From assembly GCA_947648905.1 (NCBI GenBank), contig CANSPP010000001.1, positions 90,230-122,229 of the forward strand: a stretch of DNA of 32,000 nucleotides. The letters are read 5' to 3'. Shown here one piece after another: positions 25,070-32,000 of this stretch (position 1 is the stretch's first letter; every line of letters begins with the position of its first letter). The position numbers and the translations under genes were made by a program. This DNA is from an uncultured Clostridium sp. (GTDB lineage: Bacteria > Bacillota > Clostridia > TANB77 > CAG-508). The notes beneath the pieces were generated by a model. The model did not search any database. It was not told the origin of the DNA and saw only the letters and a program-made list of their open reading frames with translations.

Positions 25070-26053
25070 ATGAAGTTAGAACAAAATGACAAATCACTAT
25101 TATTTTCAGAAACAATGATACCAGACATATTTTTTTCAGAGCACCTTTCTGAACTTCCAGGAGATTATTTAAAAATTTATATGTATATCATATTTTTATC
25201 AAAATATGGAAAAGACATAAAACTAACTGATTTGTCAAAAAAATTAAACATACCTTTAAAAACGATTAATGATGGGATGAAATTTTTAGAAGACCAAAAA
25301 TTAGTTACGAAAAAAACAACTGGATATATAATAGTAGATTTACAAGAGCAAACTCTTCACAATTTATATACTCCTAATTTAACAATGTCAAAAGAAAAAG
25401 TAGAACAAACAGCAAAAAATAAATCTAATGCAAAAGCTATAGAACATATAAACAATATGTATTTCCAAGGAATAATGGGTCCATCTTGGTATAATGACAT
25501 AGACCTATGGTTTAGAAAATATAATTTTGATGAACAAGTTATGATTGCTTTATTTGATTATTGTTATAAACGTAGTGCATTACATAGAAATTATATCCAA
25601 ACAGTTGCAGACGCTTGGGCTGCAAACAAAGTAAAAACTTGGAGTGACCTAGACAAATACTACGAAAAACAAGAAAGTCTAAACAAAATAAAAAAATCAA
25701 TAGCAAAAAAACTTGGTAAATACAACGGACTTACACAATACGAAGAAGCATACATAGAAAATTGGATTATAAATTTTGGATACGATATGTCTATTATAGA
25801 AATAGCATTAAAAAGAACAACATTTAAACAAAATCCAACATTTGAATATATAAACAACATTATTACAGATTGGCATGACAGAAATTTAAAAACACCTTCT
25901 GAAATAACTGCATTTGTTGAACAAAGAAAAAAACAAGAAAAGAACACCAAAGATTTAAAAACGCAAGTAAATAAAGCAAATTATGAACAAAGAAAATATA
26001 CAAACTTAGATTTTCTATATGCAAATAATACTGTAGAAAACGAGGGGAATTAA
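25070..26053 (+). CDS. DnaD/DnaB(Bsu)-type replication initiation/helicase-loading protein (winged-helix N-domain plus two DnaD-like C-domains)
   Basis: N-terminal wHTH (LTDLSKKLNIPLKTINDGMKFLEDQKLV). Two DnaB_2-like repeats (NFDEQVMIALFDYC...YIQTVADAW and GYDMSIIEIALKRT...YINNIITDW). SD GGAGAG precedes the ATG. Confidence 0.8.
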   Translation: MKLEQNDKSLLFSETMIPDIFFSEHLSELPGDYLKIYMYIIFLSKYGKDIKLTDLSKKLNIPLKTINDGMKFLEDQKLVTKKTTGYIIVDLQEQTLHNLYTPNLTMSKEKVEQTAKNKSNAKAIEHINNMYFQGIMGPSWYNDIDLWFRKYNFDEQVMIALFDYCYKRSALHRNYIQTVADAWAANKVKTWSDLDKYYEKQESLNKIKKSIAKKLGKYNGLTQYEEAYIENWIINFGYDMSIIEIALKRTTFKQNPTFEYINNIITDWHDRNLKTPSEITAFVEQRKKQEKNTKDLKTQVNKANYEQRKYTNLDFLYANNTVENEGN

Positions 26054-27056
26054 ATGGCCAATGAAGTTTTAAATTCTTTATTAAAAGAATATGAGCAAAA
26101 AAAAATAAAAGCAGAATATCAAGCAGAAAAAAGAAAAGAAGAACTATATGAAAAAGTTCCAAAATTAAAAGAAATAGAAAATGAATTAAATCATTTTGCT
26201 ATATCTACTGCAAAAAACATATTAAATAATAGTAATTATTCATATGCAGAATTACAAGAAAAAGCAGAAAAACTAAAAATAGAAAAACAAGAAATTTTAT
26301 CTTCACTAAATTTATCAGAAGATTATTTAAAACCTTCATACGAATGTAAATTATGTAATGATACTGGATACATTATGTCTAAAGATTACAAAACAACAAT
26401 GTGTAACTGTTTAAAACAACAATTATTAAATGACTCTTTTAATAAATCAAATATATCAAATTTAGAAAAAGAAAATTTTAATAATTTTAACGAAGATATA
26501 TTTTCAAATGAAGTAGATATTTCAAAATATAATTTTAATATATCACCAAGAACTAATATTTCTAACATAAGAAATAAATGTATAAAATTTGTTGAAAATT
26601 TTGATAACATTGAACAAAAAAATCTTCTATTTGTCGGCAATACCGGTTTACGGTAAGACTTTTATGTCAAATTGTATTGCTGGAGAATTGCTAAAAAAAG
26701 GTAGAACCGTACTTTATCAAACAGCGCCTGTTTTGCTTGAAAGCGTAATAGATTATAAGATGAGTAAACAAAAAAATACAGAAAATAATTTCTATAAATC
26801 TGTATTAGAAGCAGATTTACTTATTATTGATGATTTAGGAACTGAAAGTTTGAATAGTATGAAACTTAGTGAACTTTTTACTATACTAAATGCTAGACTT
26901 TTGAATTTGAATAATAAAGTTACTAAAACAATTATTTCTACAAATTTAAATATTAATGATATCTTTAATCATTATGAAGAGCGTATTGGTTCTAGAATTG
27001 TTGGATATTATGATATTTATTATTTCTTTGGAGAAGATTTAAGATTTAAAAAATAA
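26054..27056 (+). pseudogene. DnaC/DnaI-type AAA+ helicase loader, split by a +1 frame break inside Walker A (about 26651)
   Basis: The upstream ORF has a DnaI-like zinc ribbon (CKLCNDTGY...CNC) and ends LLFVGNTGLR*. The downstream frame reads ...GKTFMSNCIAGELLKKG, LLIIDDLGTE (Walker B), IISTNL (sensor I), RIGSRI. Deleting C26651 gives GNTGLGKTF (GxxxxGKT). The ATG directly follows the dnaD-like stop. Confidence 0.75.
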
Positions 27057-27064
27057 ATATTAAC

Positions 27065-27111
27065 AAAAAAGAATTGAATTTTACATTTTATAGTAAATTC
27101 AATTCTTTTTT
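27065..27111. terminator. Bidirectional terminator between convergent dnaC-like and gyrA genes
   Basis: AAAAAAGAATTGAATTT (27065-81) / AAATTCAATTCTTTTTT (27095-111): perfect 17-bp inverted repeat with a 13-nt loop. Confidence 0.7.
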
Positions 27112-27120
27112 ATTTACGTT

Positions 27121-29574
27121 TTATTTTTCTTCCATATCTGGAGTTAAAGTTTCAATACTTACTACTTTTCCACCATCATTAGTTCTCATTAAAGTAACAC
27201 CTTGTGTTGATCTTCCTAAAATGCTTACTTCTTTTACTTTTAATCTAATAATTGTTCCTGTATCTGTAATTAGCATAACATCATCATCTTCTGTTGCTAT
27301 TCTAACTCCAACTAATTTTCCTGTTTTTGGTGTAATTTTATAAGTTATTACTCCTCTTCCGCCTCTTTTTTGAACTCTATATTCATCAAGTTCTGTTCTT
27401 TTTCCAAATCCATTTTCTGTAATAGCAAGTAAAGTTGCTTTTCCACCAACAATTACTGATTCCATTCCAATTACTTCATCGTCATCATCTAAACGAATTC
27501 CAATAACACCTTGTGAAACTCTTCCAATTGGTCTAACATCTTTTTCGTCAAATGTAATACATAGTCCATTTCTAGTAACAAGTACTACATTATCCTCTCC
27601 ATCTGTTAATCTAACGCCAATTAATTCGTCCTCGTCTTTTAAAGTAATTCCTTGTAATCCAGTTTTTCTTGTTGTATCATATTCTTTTAACGCTGTTTTC
27701 TTAATTAAACCATTCTTTGTTGCCATAAGAAGATATTTTCCCTCTGCAAAATTTTGAATTGGAATAACTGCTGATACTTTTTCTCCTGGATCTAAACTTA
27801 ATAAATTTACAATAGCTGTACCTTTTGCAGTTCTTCCTGCTTCTGGTATTTCATATCCTCTTAATTTATAAAGTTTTCCTTTATTTGTAAAGAATAATAT
27901 TGTATCATGTGTTGAAGCTGTAAATATTTGTTTAACAAAATCTTCTTCACGTGTTGCAATTCCAGTAATACCTTTTCCACCTCTTCTTTGGCTTCTATAT
28001 GTATCTATTGGCATTCTTTTGATATATCCAAAATGTGTTAAAGCTACAACGCATTGTTCCTCTTTTATTAAATCTTCTAAATCTATTTCTCCTTCAGCTG
28101 CAACAATTTTAGTTTTTCTATCATCTCCGAATTTATCTTTTATTTCTAATAATTCTTCTTTAATAATATCGAAAACTAATCTTTCGCTATTTAATATTGC
28201 TCTTAAATGTTCTATTAATTCCATTAATTGTCTATATTCTTCTTCAATCTTTTCACGTTGCAATCCTGATAAAGTCTTTAATCTCATATCTAATATTGCT
28301 TGTGCTTGTATATCTGAAAGTCCAAATCTTTCCATTAATCTTTCTTTTGCGTCATCATATGAAGAACGAATTATTTGAATTACTTCATCTATATAATCAA
28401 GAGCTATTTTTAACCCTTCTAATATATGAGCTCTAGCTAATGCTTTGTCTAAATCAAATTGAGTTCTTCTTAATATAACATCTTTTCTATGATCTATGTA
28501 ACAATCTAAGCATTGTCTTAATGTTAATATTTTGGGTTCTCCATTTACTAATGCTAACATTATAATTCCAAATGTTGTTTGCATTTGTGTATGTTTAAAT
28601 AATTGATTTAATACAACTTGTGCATTTGCATCTCTTTTTAATTCGATAACAACTCTTACTTTATCTTTTCTGTCTGATTCATCTCTACATTCAGAAATTC
28701 CTTCAACTTTTTTCTCTTTTGAAAGGTCTGATATTGCCTTAATTAAATTAGCTTTATTAACTTGATATGGTAATGAAGAAACAATAATTCTTTGTCTATT
28801 TCCACTCATTTCTTCTATGTCTGTTTCTGCTCTTAATGTTATTTTACCTCTACCTGTTTTATATGCTTGTTTAATTCCTTCAAGCCCTAAAATAATTCCT
28901 TCTGTTGGGAAGTCTGGTCCTTTTATAACACTCATTAAATCTTCATCTGTCACTTCGTCTTCATCAATTATTTTTATAATTCCGTCAATTACTTCAGTTA
29001 AATTATGTGGTGGTATATTTGTTGCCATTCCAACCGCAATTCCTGAAGAACCATTTACTAATAACGCAGGTATTCTTGCTGGTAAAACTGTTGGTTCTTG
29101 TAATCTATCGTCATAGTTTGGCATAAAATCTACTGTATTTTTTTCAATATCTGTTAACATATATTGAGAAATCTTAGACATTCTAGCCTCTGTATACCTC
29201 ATTGCCGCAGCTCCATCGCCATCAACAGAACCAAAATTTCCGTGTCCATCTATCAACATATATCTCATAGAGAAGTCTTGAGCCATTCTTACCATAGCAT
29301 CATATACTGAACTATCTCCATGTGGATGGTATCTACCAAGAACTGAACCAACTGTATTAGCACATTTTCTATATGGCTTATCTGCAGTTATTCCGTCTTC
29401 ATGCATAGCATAAAGAATTCTTCTATGAACTGGTTTTAAACCATCTCTTGCATCAGGAAGCGCACGAGAAACTATAACACTCATTGCATAGTCAATGTAG
29501 GCTGTTCTCATTTCTTTTTCGATGTCTCTTTCTATTATTTTACCGTCATTTCTTTCTTGTGGTCTATCTTCCAT
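27121..29574 (-). CDS. gyrA: DNA gyrase subunit A
   Basis: [43 protein letters not shown]. Active-site [10 protein letters not shown]. GyrA box QRRGGKG. Six-bladed C-terminal repeats. Confidence 0.95.
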   Translation of the reverse strand: MEDRPQERNDGKIIERDIEKEMRTAYIDYAMSVIVSRALPDARDGLKPVHRRILYAMHEDGITADKPYRKCANTVGSVLGRYHPHGDSSVYDAMVRMAQDFSMRYMLIDGHGNFGSVDGDGAAAMRYTEARMSKISQYMLTDIEKNTVDFMPNYDDRLQEPTVLPARIPALLVNGSSGIAVGMATNIPPHNLTEVIDGIIKIIDEDEVTDEDLMSVIKGPDFPTEGIILGLEGIKQAYKTGRGKITLRAETDIEEMSGNRQRIIVSSLPYQVNKANLIKAISDLSKEKKVEGISECRDESDRKDKVRVVIELKRDANAQVVLNQLFKHTQMQTTFGIIMLALVNGEPKILTLRQCLDCYIDHRKDVILRRTQFDLDKALARAHILEGLKIALDYIDEVIQIIRSSYDDAKERLMERFGLSDIQAQAILDMRLKTLSGLQREKIEEEYRQLMELIEHLRAILNSERLVFDIIKEELLEIKDKFGDDRKTKIVAAEGEIDLEDLIKEEQCVVALTHFGYIKRMPIDTYRSQRRGGKGITGIATREEDFVKQIFTASTHDTILFFTNKGKLYKLRGYEIPEAGRTAKGTAIVNLLSLDPGEKVSAVIPIQNFAEGKYLLMATKNGLIKKTALKEYDTTRKTGLQGITLKDEDELIGVRLTDGEDNVVLVTRNGLCITFDEKDVRPIGRVSQGVIGIRLDDDDEVIGMESVIVGGKATLLAITENGFGKRTELDEYRVQKRGGRGVITYKITPKTGKLVGVRIATEDDDVMLITDTGTIIRLKVKEVSILGRSTQGVTLMRTNDGGKVVSIETLTPDMEEK

Positions 29575-29610
29575 TTTATTCCCTCTTTTCCTTTATTTTT
29601 CTACATTTGT

Positions 29611-29639
29611 ATTATACTAAACCCTTGCAAAATATGCAA
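29611..29639 (-). promoter_or_regulatory. Sigma-A promoter dedicated to gyrA
   Basis: On the minus strand: TTGCAT (29639-34), 17-nt spacer, TATAAT (29616-11). The -35 box is embedded in the inverted repeat CTTGCA-AAATA-TGCAAG. Confidence 0.55.
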
Positions 29640-29713
29640 GTAAAAACACATAAAAATCATTAAAAAGTTTAGGGAATTCACTATTTGAAAGATCTATTTA
29701 CATATTTTATTTT

Positions 29714-30769
29714 TTAATTTCTTTTATTATTTTTCTCCACAACTTCTATTTCTTTCATCTCTCTTATATGCAACTCAATTTCTTCTACTTTTGGTAGTTG
29801 TAATTGTAAATATTCTGGTATATCTTCTAATAATTTATACTCACTTACTCCAATGGGACTTTTTAAATTTCTTAATGAATATTCAGCCGTAAAATTATCT
29901 TTATTTTTACATAGTAATAACCCAATTGTTGGATTATCATCTTTGTCCTTTATCAAATCATCAATTGCCGATAAATAAAAATTTAATTGTCCAACATCTG
30001 TCGGTTCAAATTCTTTTGCTTTTAACTCCACAACGATATAACATTTTAGTTTTAAATGATAAAATAATAAATCTATAAAATATTCCTTTCCACTCACTAT
30101 AACTTTATATTCGCTTCCTACAAAGGCAAATCCTTTGCCTAATTCAATAAGGACATCTTTTATTTTATTTATCATTGCTTTCTCAATTTCAAGTTCTTTA
30201 ACTTTACCTTTTATTGATATAAAGTCAAACAAATATGGGTCTTTCATAGTTTGTATTGCCAAATCGCTTTGGACATTCGGCAATGTCCTTTGGAAGTTTG
30301 TTATTTTCTTTGCTATAACTTGTCTATTATATACTTTTCCATTAATTTGCATTTTTAACATACTTCTTGACCATTCATTTTTTAACGTCTCATTTATATA
30401 CCATTGTCTTTCTTCCATATCTTTAACCTTATCTAACAGAATTATATTGTGTCCCCATGGAATTTGTGCAACAGCTTGTTGCACAAATTTCAAATCAGAA
30501 TATTCTTCTGCAAATTTTCGCATATATTTTAAATTTCTAACTGAAAATCCTGTTGAATTCGGAAAGTCTAGCTTCAGGTCTATTGATAAATTCTCAATAA
30601 ATTTATTTCCCCATTCACTATTTTCTAATATAATTTTTCCAATATGCCAATACATAAGAATTAATTCTTTATTAACTACTCTCATTGCCTTATATTGTGA
30701 TTTTACTACTTCCTGTTTTATGTTTTCAAAAATTTGATTATATTTACTTATATTTATTTTGCTTTTCAT
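29714..30769 (-). CDS. DUF1016/YhcG-family PD-(D/E)xK nuclease-domain protein
   Basis: The N-domain (MYWHIGKIILE..., FSVRNLKYMRKFAEEY, IPWGHNIILL, WYINETLKNEWSRSML) is typical of YhcG. The C-terminal core is FIDLLFYH...YIVVELK. Confidence 0.8.
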   Translation of the reverse strand: MKSKINISKYNQIFENIKQEVVKSQYKAMRVVNKELILMYWHIGKIILENSEWGNKFIENLSIDLKLDFPNSTGFSVRNLKYMRKFAEEYSDLKFVQQAVAQIPWGHNIILLDKVKDMEERQWYINETLKNEWSRSMLKMQINGKVYNRQVIAKKITNFQRTLPNVQSDLAIQTMKDPYLFDFISIKGKVKELEIEKAMINKIKDVLIELGKGFAFVGSEYKVIVSGKEYFIDLLFYHLKLKCYIVVELKAKEFEPTDVGQLNFYLSAIDDLIKDKDDNPTIGLLLCKNKDNFTAEYSLRNLKSPIGVSEYKLLEDIPEYLQLQLPKVEEIELHIREMKEIEVVEKNNKRN

Positions 30770-30824
30770 TTTTACTTTTCACTTCTATAAAATAATTTTC
30801 TATAATCTATATCCTTTCAATTTT

Positions 30825-31550
30825 TTATTTTAATTTTTCGGCCAATTCTAATTCTTCATTACTTAAATTAAAATTTTGTCCATTATTCTTAATTAAATTA
30901 TGTAATACTTCTATTGTCTTAGCTTCATTTATTGTCTTCTCAATTGGCACAATATCTTTTATTTGTTTCTCCAATTTTTTATATTCCTTCTCCATACCAT
31001 TGAAGTCCTGATTTTGATAATAATCTTTCCATTTACTAATATACTTGTCCATATTTTCTATAGTTTCATATTGTTTATTGAAATTTCTTTCAATATTGCT
31101 TTCTACATTATTTAATATTAAATTTTTTCCTTGTTTTATAATGTTAATTACATTATTGTCAAGTGCACCTGAATATTTGACTTTATTTAGAACTGTATCA
31201 ATTAATAAAGAAACTCCATCAATTAATCCTCCTGATTTAACTACACTTTGCATTTGTACAACATTTTCAAAATTGCCTGTAACCATACCAACAGCACTTT
31301 TTCCTAAATCTATTGCATCATCAATTGTTTTTGTTATTCCATCTTTTAATCCATAATTAAATAAATTATTTTTTACATTTATAATTTGGTCTTCTACAAA
31401 TTCTGGTAATATAGCTCTTATTCCTATATCTATCGCTGTATTTATTGTTTTACCTAATGTCGTCTCTAAAAAATCCTTTTGTGTTTTCTCATTTATTGTC
31501 ATATTTTTTAATTCTATATTTTTATTTTTTTCTAAATTATTTATCTCCAT
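30825..31550 (-). CDS. Hypothetical 241-aa soluble protein, helical, with a coiled-coil-like C-terminus
   Basis: Long ORF with good SD (GAGGT 8 nt upstream of the ATG). I recognise no catalytic or TM motifs. Confidence 0.45.
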   Translation of the reverse strand: MEINNLEKNKNIELKNMTINEKTQKDFLETTLGKTINTAIDIGIRAILPEFVEDQIINVKNNLFNYGLKDGITKTIDDAIDLGKSAVGMVTGNFENVVQMQSVVKSGGLIDGVSLLIDTVLNKVKYSGALDNNVINIIKQGKNLILNNVESNIERNFNKQYETIENMDKYISKWKDYYQNQDFNGMEKEYKKLEKQIKDIVPIEKTINEAKTIEVLHNLIKNNGQNFNLSNEELELAEKLK

Positions 31551-32000
31551 ATTTATTACCTCTTTCTTTTAATTATTTATTATTAATTTATATTAATAAA
31601 TATTTTTAATTAATTTAACATTATTTTTTATTTATCATTTATAAAATTGTTTTAATAAATATTTTTTTATTTACTAAATATTTTTCTACTACTTTGTTTA
31701 TTATTTCTAAAATAAATTTCACTTTTTTCTAAACTTTCTTTATTAGAATTTCTTTTTATAAAATTAGAACTTTTAAATTTCATATTTTATTATTCTTTTT
31801 TGTTTTAAATATTATAATTTTATATAACTAGTAGACTATCTTTTTATTTCAGACTTATATTTTAGATGCAATTTGTATCACTTTATCTCCACTATATGTA
31901 AACTAATTCTAATCAATTTATCCTTTATAAAAAATCTCTTCTTTCTGCATAACGCCTATATCTTTCTGGCTTACTGTTATTGTTATTGTCCTAATATTTG

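Noticed and set aside
26640-26660. Programmed +1 ribosomal frameshifting at the two frame breaks; both have a rare CGG codon just before the 0-frame stop (UUA CGG UAA here, AUU CGG AUU UGA at about 180-190)
   Set aside because: There is no slippery re-pairing: UUA to UAC and CCA/AUU contexts do not re-pair. There is no upstream internal SD stimulator as in prfB. The CGG codons are created by the shifted frame itself. A mutation or assembly indel is the simpler explanation.
21035-27060. Integrated element bounded by att sites next to the tRNA operon
   Set aside because: I could not find an integrase or recombinase gene, or a direct repeat of any tRNA 3' end. The region also abuts the 5' end, not the 3' end, of tRNA-Lys. 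It is treated instead as an orphan module (see findings).
31667-31783. 38-codon basic ORF (MKFKSSNFIKRNSNKESLEK...) on the minus strand in the AT-rich region
   Set aside because: It has no SD and a composition typical of random AT-rich sequence, and nothing supports expression.
31918-32000. Possible 3' end of a minus-strand gene running off the window (...QKDIGVMQKEEIFYKG*)
   Set aside because: Only 26 codons are visible, which is too short to recognise or to distinguish from chance.

Overview
Very AT-rich (about 25-30% G+C by eye) chromosomal segment of a low-GC Firmicute, Clostridia-like in gene content. All calls come from reading motifs in the supplied translations and the DNA; no database search was possible.

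Gene order, left to right:
- a frameshifted HtrA-like serine protease (-)
- a putative operon of a single-module NRPS (C-A-T-R) plus a multi-TM histidine kinase, followed by a REC/HD-GYP response regulator on its own predicted promoter
- Tex (-)
- a RayT/IS200-like Y1 HUH transposase (-) bracketed by inverted copies of a short repeat
- a YozG-like HTH regulator, divergent from a small membrane protein
- an ABC-F ATPase (-), a CapA-family protein, tRNA-Lys(CTT), a Cu/Zn SOD, CorA, a VanW/G5 protein (-), a CBM-like protein and an SDR (-)
- a tRNA-Lys/Glu/Thr operon (-) and a DUF1858-like redox protein (-)
- a four-gene type IV secretion front end (coupling ATPase, VirB2-like, VirB6-like, PrgI/VirB3-like) with no VirB4, relaxase or integrase
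- DnaD-type and frameshifted DnaC/DnaI-type replication loaders
- gyrA (-) with its own promoter, a DUF1016 PD-(D/E)xK nuclease (-) and an unrecognised 241-aa protein (-)

The signal least explained by ordinary annotation is a GC-rich intergenic repeat family with core GGGACAG[A/G]CC. It occurs singly and as hairpin-forming inverted doublets in six spacers between 8.3 and 14.1 kb, and diverged copies flank the Y1 transposase gene in inverted orientation. That is the architecture of a REP/REPIN-RAYT system, seen here in a Firmicute.

Secondary leads:
- the NRPS-reductase gene apparently co-transcribed with the kinase and followed by the c-di-GMP phosphodiesterase regulator
- the orphan T4SS module, which probably starts at ATT
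- two +1 frame breaks inside catalytic regions (protease, helicase-loader Walker A)
- an ABC-F with one coherently degenerate ATP site
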